64,000 nucleotides of DNA from the human T2T-CHM13v2.0 reference genome, Homo sapiens. A program made the translations under genes and the position numbers. The DNA lies in assembly GCF_009914755.1 (NCBI RefSeq), contig NC_060929.1. The stretch is one strand, 5' to 3'. This document shows positions 13,950 to 27,930 of the stretch, piece after piece. The notes under the pieces are model-generated. The model saw only the letters and a program-made list of their open reading frames with translations, did no database searches and had not been told where the DNA came from. How positions within the stretch are numbered: the first letter of the stretch is position 1; each line of letters opens with the position of its first letter.

Positions 13950-14400
13950 CAATCCCACTGTACTCCATACTCATCACAGAGCATCTTTAAGCCTATGTTA
14001 AATTCTAAGCATCATATACTGATGGCAACACTGCTAAACTTGGATACCTCCAGAGAAGACGATCACAATGGTGAAGGATTTGGAAAGTATTTGATGAGAC
14101 GAATGGAAGCTAGGAATATTTATTTTGGAAAAAGAAGACTAAGGGTATGCTTAATAACTGACTTCTAATATTTATATACATACCAGTACTTGGAAGAGAA
14201 GGAAGATTTCTTACCATGCTCCAAGTGACAGTGATAGAAAAATGGGTAGAACTTTCAAAAGGGAACATTTGCATAAGGAAGTACTGAATAATAACTAAGC
14301 CTCTCTAATCTAACGATAAAACACATTGCTTTGTGAAAAAAAGTTTAATGTTACTAAAATTAGATAATCAATCATCTCTGGTAGATGTTGTACTGAACTA
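13950..14400 (+). mobile_element. L3/CR1 LINE fragment
   Basis: aaacttggatacctccagagaagacgatcacaatggtgaaggatttggaa...ggaaaaagaagactaaggg...cataaggaag matches the CR1/L3 RT 3' region. Confidence 0.75.
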
Positions 14401-14551
14401 GATTCCTTCCAGAATCATTTGCCACTCAAACCTCCTCTGAGTTTTCCCTGGTTCTTTCAAGAGTATGGCCATTTTCCTAATCAACTAACTCCAGACTTAA
14501 AAATCATTTTCAATTAATCCATTTTTATCTACCTCTTATATTAACTTGATT

Positions 14552-14839
<288 letters not shown>

Positions 14840-14994
14840 TAGTAATTTAAAAATACTTATTGATTCCCCAAACAGTCTTTGCAGCTTGCTCTTCTATGTT
14901 ATTTTTCTTAATTTTTATTTTTTCTGTGTTACTGCTGTAGGCTTCTGGTCGTCTGCTCTAGTCCCAGTCTTTCCCACATTAACCCATGAGACCT

Positions 14995-17900
14995 TGATAT
15001 AGTTTGGATGTGTGTCCTCATCTAAATCTCATATGGAAATGTAATCTCTAATGTTTGGAGGTGGGCCTGGTGGGAAGTTACTGGATCATGGGAGTGGATT
15101 TCTCATGATGATGTAGCACCATCCCGTTTGGTACTGTCCTCATAATAGTGAGTGAGTTCTTGAGAGATCTGGTCATTTATAAGTGTGTAGCTCATCTCCT
15201 CTAGCTCTATTGCTCCTCCTTTTGCCATGTAATGTGCCTGGTCCCTCTTTGCCTTCAATGGTTAGAAGCTTCCTGCAGCCTCCCCAGAAACAAATGCTGC
15301 TATGGACAGCCTGTAGAACCATCAGCAAATTAAATCTCTATTCTTATAAATTACACAGTCTCAGATATTTATTTGTAGCAGTGCAAGAATGGACTAACAA
15401 AGAAAATTGATAACAAGGAGTGGGGCATTGCTATAAAGATACCTGAAAATGTGGAAATGGCTATGAAACTGGGTAATGAATAGAGATTGGAAGATTTTGG
15501 AGGGCTCAGAAGAATACAGGAAGATGAGGGAAAGTTTGGAACTTCTTAGAGACTGGTTAAGTGTTTGTACCCAAAATGCTGACAGTAATACGAATGATGA
15601 AGTCCAGGCTGAGGAGGTCTGAAGTGGAAATGAGGAATTTATTGGAAATTGGAGCAAAGGTCATGTGTGCTATGCCAAAGCAAAGAGCTTGGCTGAATTG
15701 TGTCCATGCCCTAGGCATATGTGGAAGTTTGAATATGAGAGTGATGACCTAGAGTATCTGGTGGAATAAATTCCTAAGCAACAAAGTGTTCAACATAGTG
15801 GCATGGCTACTTCTAACAGCCTAGCTCAGATGTTAGAGCAAAGAAATAATTTGGAACATATATTTAAAAGGAAGTAAAATATAAAAATTAGCAAAATTTG
15901 CAGCCTGGCCACATAGGGGAGGAATTCAAGCAGGCTATGGAAATTTGCATACATAAAATGGATGCAAGTGCCGATAGCCAACACAATGGGAAAAAGGCCT
16001 CGAACACACTTCAGAGATCTAAGAGGCAGCCCCTCCCATCACAGGCCCAGAGGACTAGGAGGGGAAAATGGGTTCCTGGGCTAGACCTAAGGCCTTGCTG
16101 ATCCGTGCATCCTTGGGACACTGCTCCCTGCATCCTGGCCACTCCAGCTCCAGCTAGCTCAAATGGGCCCAGGTGCGGCTCAAGCCACTGCTTCATAGGG
16201 TGCTAACAGTAAGGCTTGGTGGCTTCCACATGGTGTTAAGCCTGCAAGTGCACAGAGTGAAAAAAATGAGGCTTGGGAACCACTGCCTAGATTTTAGAGG
16301 TTGTCGGAAAAAGCCAGCAGTGTCCCCGCTGCAAAGGTGGAATCTTCATAGAGAACCTCTACTAGGGCAGTGTGGAGGAGAAATGTGGGGTTGGCATCCC
16401 CACACAAAGCCCCCACTGGAACACCGCTTAGTGGCACTATGAGAAGAGGTCTACCATCTTCTAGTTCCTAGAATGGCAGATTCCCCCAACAGCTTGCACC
16501 TTGCACCTGGAAAAGCTGCAGACATTCAACCCCAGCCGGTGAGAGCAGCTGCAGGGGCTGAACCCTGCAAAGCCACAGGGCAAAGAGGCCCAAGGCCTTG
16601 GGCGCCCACCTTTTGCACCAGTGTGTCTTGGATTAGGGACATGAAATCAAAGGAGATTATTGTGGAGCTTTATGATTTAATGACTGCCCTGCTTGATTTC
16701 GAACTTGCATGAGGCCTGTAGTCCCTTGGTTTTGGCTGATTTCTCCCTTTTGGAATGCAAATATTTAACCAATGCCCGTATTCACTAGGGTAGGCAGATA
16801 GCTAGACATGAGCAGGTGAGGAGAGCCTATGAGAAAACAGAGGTCTGAAAAGTCTCCCCAGGGACCACCAAAAACCTGCATGCTAGACATAAGCTGAGAG
16901 GAGGGGAAATACCTAAGCAGAAAGGATTTCCCCCTTAAGATGTCCAGTAATTGCTCACTGCAGTTAACCTATCAGAATGTAGTTACATGCTGATAAAGAG
17001 AGAAAAGAAGAAACTAATAAAATATGTACAGGCATAAAAAGTACAGATTTAACTGCTATATGACCTTCTTGGGGTTGCAGTTATGAGCAATGCAGCCATT
17101 AGGTAGGATTTGTATCTGGTACTGGGCCAGCCCATGCCACCAGCTAATAGTAAGGGAGGGTCCTATTAGGTGAACTACAGTTCCTTGCCTAGTCCCACCT
17201 TACCTAGTTCCCCACCTAGCTTCCACCTCATGTCCATCTATAACACGTTTACCTTTTTTTGTTGCTGATTTCACCACCCCATGGTAGAAACTAGGTGGGA
17301 ACAAGGCAGAGACCTAAGACGGGAGTGGAAACACTAGACAAAGAAAAAAGGTAGAGACTTATGACATAGAGGCAGGAACTTCAAGAAACAGTCTGACATA
17401 ATAAAAACCCAAAACGCAGAACTCTAAAGCTGCCGGTGGCTCACTCCCTTCAGCAGCCCACTCTGCCTCACCTGTGCAGAGCGTACTCTCCCTTTACCTA
17501 ATTCTTTGCTCTCTAGTTTCCTTCAATAAACTCTCTTTTTAGCTAAATCAGTCACTTGGCAGAATGCTTTCTCCAGGTAAGACAAAGAACTGAGGATTAC
17601 TGCACTTCCCAGTAACAGCCCCATTTTATCTTGGAAATAACTAACTTGCTTTTGATTTTACAGGCTAATAGGCAGAAGGGACTCCTAGACTTGTCTCTTA
17701 AGAAATTTTGGACTTTGGACTTTTGAGTTAATGCTGGAATGAGTTAAGAGTTTGGGGATTATTGGGAAGGCATGATTGTATTTTGAAATGTGAGAGGGAC
17801 ATGAGATTTGGGAAGGGCAAGGGTAGAACGACATAGTTTAAATATGTATTTGTGCCCAAATCTCGTATTGAATTGTAAGCCCCAGTGGCATAGGTGGGGC

Positions 17901-18243
17901 CTGATGGGAGGTAATTGGATCATGAGGGCAGTTTTCTCATGAGTGATTTAACAGCATTCTCACTGGCACTGTCCTTGTGATATTGAGTGTTTTCTCATGA
18001 GATCTGATCATTTAAAAGTATGTAGCTCCTCCCCTCACTCTCTTGCTCCTGCTTTCGCCATGTTATGTGCCTGCTCTCTCTTTACCTCCTGCTATGATTG
18101 GAAGTTTCCTGAGGCTTCCCCAAAAGCAGATGCTGCTATGTACAACTTACAGAACCATGAGCCAATTAAATCTCTTTTTTATTTTAAATGAATTACCCAG
18201 TTCCAGATATTTCTTTATAGCAATGTGAGAATGGACTAATACA
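14995..18243 (+). mobile_element. Full-length MST (MSTA-like) ERVL-MaLR provirus: 5' LTR 14995-15401, internal region to 17828, 3' LTR 17829-18243
   Basis: Two homologous LTRs (tgatatagtttgg...ggactaa), MST-int start gaaaattg...gtggggcattgctataaagatacctgaaaatgtgg, polypurine tract before the 3' LTR, 5-bp TSD gacct/ggcct. Confidence 0.93.
16783..17617 (+). mobile_element. ERV1 solo LTR (MER50/MER87-related) nested in MST-int
   Basis: Starts tagggtaggcagatagctagacatgagcagg (similar to the MER50 start at 50910), has AATAAA, ends ...gtaaca; MST-int resumes with ccccattttatcttgg. Confidence 0.8.
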
Positions 18244-18919
18244 GGCCTACAAGGCAAAATATTCCTTAACATCATGCTCAGCATATGGGCCTCCCTGAAA
18301 TTTCTGCAGAAACTTCTGGTTTACAGTCTTTGCCTTGCTCAAAATTTTCTATTCCTTGGCCCCACTATAATGATTTTATTTGCTATATTTGATTTCTTAT
18401 CCTTCTTTAATTCAGTGAATTCAATCTGGACTTATTCATGCTCCCTGAATACTCTTTCTTCACACCAGTTTGAATTCACTCATTTGCTCTCCTACCATGT
18501 AAGAAATATTCCTAAGGTATTGTGTTCCACATGCCTCAGGGGCTCACTGGACCCAAAACTCTTGGTACTTTTGGTCTCAAGACTCCTAATTCTGCTTTCA
18601 GTAGCCCACATTTTGAAACAAACTCTTTGCTTCTCCTTCTTCCTTTGGGAGAAAAGCAACAGTGACAGTTGTAGTAGCAACAACAAATAGCTCTTTACAA
18701 TACAAAATAGCAGCTACCATTTTGCAAAAATAGGCTAAAATATCTTTTACTTTTTCATGAAGAGCCTTTAACTGAGAAAATGAAACTCAAGTAGTAATTC
18801 AATTATTTATCCCAAGTCAATGCTGATTCATAATCCAACGAATCACAATTTCCAGTGACACAGAAATAGCAGTATGTCTGTCTAAGGTATATATATACTC
18901 TGTTGTCCAGAAGTAACTA

Positions 18920-19565
18920 CAGTTGATTCTCATTATTCCTGCATTCTGTATTTGAGAATTCACTCACTTGCTAAAATGTATTTGTAACCCCAGAATCAAT
19001 ACTCCCACTGCTTTTGCCATTATTTGTGGACATGAGCAGGGTGGCAAAAAATTTGAGTTGCCTGACTCATATATTCTCAAGTTAGGGTCAAACAAGGTGA
19101 CACTACCTCTTTGTTTTAGCTTTCATGGTGTAAACAAGTGTCCTTTTTAATGATCTATGTAATGACACATTTTTTGACGTTTCTTGGTTGGTGATTTCAC
19201 TATTTAAAATGGTCTTCACACATAGTGCTGAAGTGCTGCCTAGTGTTTCTGAGCTCAAGAAAGCTCAAGATATGCCTTAGGGGGAAAATACATGTGGTAG
19301 ATGAGCTTCATTGAGGCATGAATTATATTGCTGTTGACCATGAGTTCAATGCTAATGAATCAACAATATATATTAAATGAGGTGCCTATAAACAGAAACA
19401 CACATAAAACAAGGTTATGCATTGATCAGATGACAAAAAACGTTACGATCAGAGGCTTGCAGGAACCTAACCATGTATTTCTGCTAGAAGCAGTGTTTTA
19501 GAACTTGCCGATTCAGTGAGGTGACTTTACAGATCACAACTACTGCAAATAAAAAGAACTGACTG
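18920..19565 (+). mobile_element. MER82 (TcMar-Tigger), full length
   Basis: TIRs cagttgattctcattatt / aataaaaagaactgactg, TA on both sides, internal match to recalled MER82 consensus. Confidence 0.9.
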
Positions 19566-22297
19566 TATAATTCTCTAACTAGAGAATGGATAAAATACAT
19601 TATAAATATGGAAAGAGGTGATTATTTTTCCCTACTCTTTCAATTAGTAAAAAATCTAATTTGGAGCAAGGGAGTAAAAGAATGTGGACACACCTCTTTT
19701 GCAGCCAAATTTAACATCAGGACATAATTCAGAAAACAAGTGGTATAGCAAGCACTGTGCAAACTGTCAAAGATGAAGAACTGTATTAGAATTGGCAAGA
19801 AGACAAGGAGGAGGAGAAAGGTGGGGGACAGGAGGTGGAGGAAAAGTGGAGGGAAAGAGAGAAGAGAAAAAAAATACCTAAGAAAATGTAAGTGAAATAA
19901 ATCAATGTAAAAAAACTAAAGATTGCCAAGCTGATGAAAATGGAAACTGTAGTGCGGCTGGCAAAAGGTCTTATAATGACTGTGCTGTTTAAAGCTTGTG
20001 TTTCATTCCATTTTAGAGCAATAAAAGTATGAGAAACAGAGTGTAGTCATAACAATTATATTTAGAGAAAGGAAATTGTCTTAAGATATGCTCTTTAAGT
20101 TACCCTTCCAGCTTTTTCCTCACCTCAAAATATTTCAAAGACTTATTTCAGAGAGGGGGCTTGATGCGGGTGAACGGGGCAGACTCAAGGAGCTGTGTTG
20201 TGTCTGGGCTTTGTAGGGAGGGAAGCAAGGCACTGCAAGAAAGAACTGAGAAGGCATACTGGAGAGAATGAAGAAGGAGATGGGGAGGAGTCAGTTTGCA
20301 AAACTGCTGTGACAACAGCTGCTTGGCATATGAATTCCATTATTTTGTGCATTCTTTTCTAAACCTTGCCACCTATAAGGGACTAGAATCTGCAGACCAT
20401 TGGGAGCTTTCTATAGAAAAGCTATTCACAGGATCTGGAAGAAAATGAGATAATTTTGTATTTGGTAGTATTTTGATTGTTATAAACTGAAAAGTCCTGC
20501 TGTACTTCCTCCCACTCCTCCCCCAACACTGATCCTCCCTTTCAATCCAACTTTTATCCTATTATATAATTTTTACAAAGAAGCCATTGGAGTGTAAAAA
20601 GGACCTCTATAAGGGTGGTCTCCTTTCATAACTGAAGCACTGTACCCTTGAACTTAAATGGTTTCTATTAAGTTATATTTGCAATGTCTGCACCATATGA
20701 AATAAAGGGCCATTATGATTGTTCAGGTGTGTGAGGCTCTTACTTAAAGAAAGAGGAATTGGCATAATAACTTTTTCATTAACGGTCTTCATGTAGTAGG
20801 GTGAATGTAGAAAAGAGAGTTTTATGTTCAATGGACTCAGATTCTAAGGTAACATGAATTAAGGAGGAAAAAATGGCCTGAGGAATTTATACTCAAGATA
20901 AAATACAGAAAGGATGAGGAAACTTTTCTAGATTTTGGACTGATATATTTGTGGATTTGAGAAAGGATTTTCCTCTAGTGTGCAACAGCAGGCATTCAGA
21001 AGGCACAAAGCATAGTAAGAACCAGAAACATTTGCCATCAAAGAGAATCCAGAGTTTCCCATTGTTAGTTAGGGGTTTCAGACCTGGACTGTCTGCAGCA
21101 GGGGCAGGCATTTTAGCTGCCTCAGCCTCTTCACTCTTGGTTGATATGTATTGTCTCTGATCCCTCCCTTTAGTTTTCTTTCTTTCCTGAGCTGCTGTTT
21201 GCCTGAGGCTTAATAGGAAGGGTTTGGGCAACTTCAGAGCATTGAATTGATTGATTTGTTGATCTTTAAGACTTACTCCCACCCAGCCTGGAGCCTCCTG
21301 TGTTTGCAGAGTCTGATTGTGAAGTATTTATGAGCTTCTCATAGCTGGTTCACAATTGGTTAGGATTGCAAATGGCAATAGCAGATGTAACACAGGGTCT
21401 TCTGTGAAACAAGCCAATGGTGTGTCACATGAGAAGGATGAGCTAGGGCACTGATCATGATTAATTTTAAAATGACATTTAATTAATATGGACATTCATG
21501 GGCATTAGTGTCTGGAATGACATCCTGTGATCTCCATCACGTTCTAAAATCTGAAACAGAGATGCCTGCTTTATATGGCTCATTTACCTTTGAATTCTCA
21601 TGAGCAAACTAATTTCTCTAAAGCAGCCTCAATAGGTAGAGTTGAATGAATTCTTTGAAAATGCATGCCTGTTTTTCATTTACATCTTTTAGGAGGCAAA
21701 GATATTGTATATGATTTCACTGAAGTAATCAACAGTATATCAGCTAACTGTAGCTAATGATATCATACTGTGTATCAAGAACCTTATTGTCATTTTCCTT
21801 TCCAGAATTACTAGCTGAAATCATTCCTCATAGAGGAATTTTTCTTCAGTGACTAATTTATTGGGGGTTTCTCTGAATTTGGAGTTTTGCCTTTATGACC
21901 AAAAGCCATTTTTCGGATGAATCTGGTTGAGATGTCACTTTTTCCAAACTTGCTGCCGTGCCCTTGACAAAGAGCCATTTGATTGGTTCTTAAATAGATC
22001 CTTCAACAATTGGGTTCTTTTAGAAGATGCTGTCATGTATTCACCTCACTTACAAATCTCCGTCGTGTCCAAGAGAGATGAGTAAAAATACATTAGTCGA
22101 ATGGTTTGTCGGTATGAATCCAAATGATATTACAACTTTTTCCTCTAGACTGTACCAGGAATACTTTGGAGGAGTAAAATAAATACCATTTATTTAATGA
22201 TGGGGAAATTGTTACACATTTGATGAGGTTGTCTCTGGCTATCATTGTATGACAATCATAATAATGAGGATGAAGATGATGGTGATAGTGATGATGG

Positions 22298-22525
22298 TCA
22301 TCTACTACTTACTGAACACATCCTATATGCCAGGCTCTATGTACATTTTCTAAAGGAATAATTTAGTGTATTTCCCACATTAGCCATGGCAGGTGGTTTT
22401 TATTCCATTTTCTAGACAAAAAGTTCAGTCAGGCTATGTAAATTGCCAATGACACAGTGCCTTAATGTCAGAGCTAGGTTCCTACCCCAGGTCTGATTGA
22501 TTTCAAAGCCTACTTTTAACATTTA
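22298..22525 (-). mobile_element. MIR
   Basis: ttactgaacacatcctatatgccaggc...ccattttctagac...cagagctagg...cccaggtctg...tcaaagcc. Confidence 0.75.
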
Positions 22526-22629
22526 CACAATAAAAGATGTAGGATATCAAAAATGGAATGCCTATTTGGGCCATGCAGGTAAATTAATGTGATGGGTGGA
22601 ATGTAGTAAGACCTCCAATCAAATGTATC

Positions 22630-22787
22630 ACCACTTCTCAAACTGTTCAGTGCACAGAAGTCACCTGCTGATCTTGTTCAAGTTTTAGATGCTGATTCAG
22701 TAGTTCTGGGACAGAGCCTAGGATTCTGCATTTTTAGCAAGCTCCCAGGTGCAGCCAATCTGGTAATTTAAGGATCACAGTTTGAAA
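22630..22787. mobile_element. MER5A/B (hAT-Charlie)
   Basis: ttctcaaact...gtcacctg...gatgctgattcagtag...ctgcatttttagcaagctcccaggtg. Confidence 0.8.
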
Positions 22788-24667
22788 GAAATAAATTTTT
22801 AAGCACATTATCCTGGCGAAGTAGAACAAATTGCCTACTTTACATATGCTGGGTAGGGGTCATGCTCAGTGTGACTCGGCTCCAGGCTAGAGAAGCATGC
22901 TGTTTGGGTGGCAAGAAGATTTTATGATCTCCCACATTTTTTAAAGATGAAAGTTGTCTGGTTCTAAAATTAGTTATTTACCCAAAACCACCCCATGTAT
23001 TAATGACAGAGCTGCGGGCTGAAACAATGTCTTCAAGCTCTGAGTGAAATGATTTCAACTGTGGTACTACACTTTGCTGCCTATCTTACTCATAAAGTTA
23101 TGGTAATATTTTTGTTGGTTTCTCTGATTTATTTAAGCCAGATATGTCTTTATGTATTTGTTTCTGGTAAAAGTGAAATTCTGTGTGTGTATGTGTGTGA
23201 AATCCTGATTAATTGAGTTTTCTGTTACTTTGGTTCTGGTCTAAGGGTATTTTCTGTTCTAAGGCAAAACTACTGTTTTAAATGTACCTTGAGTATTTGG
23301 ATACTCAAGGCCAGTTTACTAAGTATTCTTTTTCACTTCTAAAATTAACTAAAGAGTTACTCTGCATTATTCAGGAGCCTCTCTTATTGCTCAGAATACT
23401 TCTTAGTAGTAGGTTAACCATGATACAGGGTTTCCTGTTTTAATAACATTTTTGGGAAACAGGCATGAACTTATTACCTCACTACAAACCTCCTTTCACT
23501 ATTATATAAAATAGTCTTAGATTCCTTCTTGCTGCATGGCTGTGCTTCATCCTGGGTAAATTGTTTACAGGAGTTCTGTTCTTTCTTCTGTGGAAAGACA
23601 GTAATTAGATTACATGAGATAAAAAATTGGTATCTACCACCCCATGCTTGTTAATTTTTTAAAAAATAAAACAATGACCTAAATAGGACGTACACTAAGA
23701 AGTTTTCTTTTAAATATGAACTGTAAGAGTTTCCACCCATTCCCTCTTCTCCCCCCCTTTCTCCTGTACTGGTGCGATTTATCAATGCTATCTTTGTGAA
23801 GCAGGAAAGTGATATACAAAGGGTTTGTTGAAAAATGCTATTTTTGATTTGCTAAATTCTATAGGAATATAGCATGGAGGCAATCCACTAAAGAAAAACA
23901 TCTAATGCGGTTGCATTTCTCACTTCTGCCAGGATTGTGCAATAACAAGGCCTATAAGGGACACCAACATGGATGTGCTAGTGTTGATAAAACTTTTAGC
24001 CAGTGGCTTAGTTTCCTTGTTTGCTTCCCGCTAAAGGTGAATACAATGGCTGCAAAGCAGTCACTTTCAGTCCCACTTTTATTCTCTTACCTTTCAAGTT
24101 TAAGCTTATAGTCTGCATAGTTATCAAGCTGCCCACCTAGAAAGCTTGAAAAATTATGGCATATTTCAACACATTTCCTTGTGGGGTATTCAGAGGATAG
24201 AGTAAATGTCTCAGCAAACCCTTTAGTATATAGTAACCCGCAGTAGAAGAGCAAAGTCAATAGCTTCCATTGTTCACATGGCAGCATTGGATGCATTGTT
24301 TTTGCTGGTGAAAGAGAGCCCACACAGAAGAGATTAAACAAAAAAAAAAATCAAGTATAGTATGTAGCTAACAGCTTCACTGTTCTATGGAAAATAATAG
24401 TTTTTATTCAACTTTAACAAAACAGAATTCACGATTCAAGGCTGAGTAGATAATAACCTGCTATGCAGTTATGTGTTTTTGTGCAAGCATTGTGCAGTGG
24501 ATAGAAATTCTTAGATTTCTACCTCTCCTTCCTACTGATTACAATCTGCAAAAAAAAAAAAGTCATTTAAAATTACCTGTACTTTTGCAAAATCTTGAAT
24601 GAAAAATCCATTTGAATAGAATACATACTCAATTCTCAAGATATTATAAATAAAAATAAAAAATTAG

Positions 24668-25036
<369 letters not shown>

Positions 25037-25733
25037 ATGATTTTTGATGTGGTCTTATCACTCTCTAGGATGATACGTTTATAAGTTAAATAAAAAAGTG
25101 AAAAGAGCATATTGGCTGAGTAGATTCCTTTGAGCCAATACTTGACCTACTCTAATGATTTCAGAGATGCTTTTTGGATTTATTTATATCAGAACTGTTC
25201 TATCAGAAGTAGATATATAAATTCACAACATTAATTCCATGAAAGCCATACATGATTATGGGTTAGTTCAGGTATTTGCATTCTAATATAAACTCTCTTA
25301 TACTGTTAAAAAAACGACATACCTACCTGCAACATTACCAAAACATTAGAAAGAAGAAAATAGTCATCCATATTACCACCGCCCAAGTTCAAACTAATTT
25401 AATTCATTGTATTCTATTTCTATCTATTACTCAATTGATTTTCTGCCTGTTGCAGAAATATCAATATTTTACATCATTTTAAATCATTGCATAAATAATG
25501 AACATTTTTTTCTGACTTTTTTCATTTAATATCATATAATGAATATTGGTCCTTGCTGGCCCATGGGCTTCCAAATTATCATTTAAGTTTTGCATAGCAT
25601 TCAATTTGCTTGATGATGCTTTATTTATGTAATCATCTCCTAATTATTGGGCTATTCATTTGTTCTTAATATGATAATAATTGAAAAAGCTACAGTGAAT
25701 ATATTTACCTTATGTTATTTAAAACATTTATTG

Positions 25734-26027
25734 GGCCAGGCTCAGTGGCTGATGCCTGTAATGCTAGCACTTTGGGAGACCGAGGTGGTTGGATTACCTG
25801 AGCTTAGGAGTTTGAGACCAGCCTGGGCAATGTGGTGAAACCCTGTCTCTACTAAAATACAAAAAATTAGCCAGGAGTGGTGGCACGCCTGTAGTCCGAG
25901 CTACTCAGGAGGCTGAGGCAGGAGAATTGCTTGAACCTGGGAGTGGAGGTTGCAGTGAGCCAAGATCACACCACTGCACTCCAGTCTGGGCAGCAGAGTG
26001 AGACTCTGTCTCAAAAAAAAAAAAAAA
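25734..26027 (+). mobile_element. AluS
   Basis: Dimeric Alu with A tail. Confidence 0.95.
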
Positions 26028-27089
26028 GTTATTATAATTATTTTTATTTTAACACTGTACTTTTTGTAGAATACTTGCCTTTTATTAAGAATTTAAATAA
26101 CTCAAGAATGACATATAATTTATAAAAAATATACTAACAAAACAATAACAACAAAACAATGGCATGCCACTACTCATAAGTAACCATTATTTGTGAGACC
26201 TCAATGCCAGATATTGTCATTTTGTATTTTTGTGCATAATACAAATAGAAATATAGGTAGATCTATAAATTTCTATTTTTGTTATACTAGATTATTATTT
26301 GATTTTATTATATAGCAATTTAGTATTTACAGCTAATGTGTAATAAAATCATTACATTAAATTTTTCTTATTTTAATTATTGAAAAACTCCAAGGGAGAG
26401 TGGGTTACTAATTTTTTTTTTTTGCATCTCCCTTTTCCCAAATTAAGAGTTACTAAATTTTAGATAAGTATTTACCACACGAATTTATTTTCTAAAAAGA
26501 CAATTCTATGAAAGGAAACTGTGAGTGAAACATTAAAATGAGAATCTTTTTAAAAAATTTTACACATTAATTGTAGATAATTCCGACTGAGTTCTTGCTA
26601 TGCAAAGGCAAACATTAGAATATAAAAGGTACCTCTCCACTTTCTTCTATATTCTAATTTTGTTAGTTTTATAATTATTTTCACATAATCAGTATTTATA
26701 TTTTGTTGTGTTAAACATAAATCATATAACATTTATTATTTCTACTAGTTTCATATTTTAAAATATTAAAATCTCACCACTATAATTTCTAAAGCATTTT
26801 TAAAAATCTGTTCCTGAATTGATGATTGCATTTAGTTTTGAAATGATCATTTCAGGAAGGGTTCAAGGTTACCTATGTTTGAGTTATATACATTTGAGGT
26901 TTTCTGCCTATTGCCTTTATGCTTGAACATGTTGTTTAGGTATAATGATCTTGGCTGATGAGACAATTCCCACTCTCTCCTGCCAGTGATAGTTGCTGTA
27001 TACAAACTTGAGAGCCATCTCAATTTTTATCCTTTGTCAACACTTCATATTTCCCATGTAGATGCTTTGAAATTTTCCTATATTGCTTC

Positions 27090-27930
27090 CTGCATATGTA
27101 CAAAACAAGGCATATTTCAGATTATTTATCATCTTTGCAATATGAAAATGTTTAAAATGTCCCAAATGTTCACTGGTAAGGATTGGTTAAATAATTTGTA
27201 TACATGCATATGCAATGGACTACTTTGTTGCTGGAAAAAAGATTGAAGAAGCTATTTATGTACTGATGTGAAAAGATTTCTAAAAAAAATTGTTAAATGA
27301 AAAAAATGCAGAATGGTGCATTGTTAAAAGAATAACTTTAGACAAATTAAGTTTAGCAGAGTTTATTTGAGAAAAGAAATGATTTATGAATTGGGCAGCA
27401 CCCTGAACTAGTAAAGGTTCAGAGAGCTCCATGCAGCAATGTGGGCAGGCAGCATTAATAGATAGAAAACGGGAGTGATGTACATAAGTAGCCTGATTAG
27501 TTAAAGCTCAGCATTTGCCTTATTTGGATATGTTTGAACAGTTTGCAGCCTGTAATTGGATGATAACTCAGCTTCTATAATTGTCCAAGGAGACTCAGCT
27601 ACTTGATACAAGAATATACTCTTAAGTTAGGTTGCAGTTTGTTTACATACTAAATAAAGTTGCAGTTTACTATGTAGGGGGGCAGCTGCAGGCCAAACTT
27701 AGTTTAACTAACAATACTTCCATTTTGTAAGAAAGGGGAAAAATTAAAATATGTGTTTTTGTTTTTAGGCATTTGGATAAAGAAACTCTGGAAGAATTCT
27801 TTTAAGATTAAGGAAAGTGATTACATGTGATGGAGATGAGTAATGAGCAGATGGCTCCAAGGATGAGAGTCAAAATTTTTATCCTGTACCATTTTATATT
27901 ATTTTATTATTTAAATCATATAAGAATAAA
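27090..27930 (+). mobile_element. Old L1M 3' UTR fragment split by an LTR
   Basis: cccaaatgttcactggtaaggattggttaaataatttgtatacat...ctatttatgtactgatgtgaaaagat. Confidence 0.6.
27322..27713 (-). mobile_element. ERV1 solo LTR, MER93/MER57 group
   Basis: tgttaaaagaataactttagacaaattaag...catttgccttatttg...taagttaggttgcagttt...aaca; TG..CA termini. Confidence 0.82.

Noticed and set aside
15561-16712. Series of ORFs in MST-int
   Set aside because: Short fragments in several frames of a decayed MaLR internal region; no intact gag-like frame.
18274-18690. 138-aa hydrophobic ORF
   Set aside because: L/F/S-rich translation of T-rich DNA; no recognisable domain or exon structure.
20893-21282. 129-aa minus-strand ORF
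   Set aside because: Non-ATG (GTG) start and no homology I recognise.
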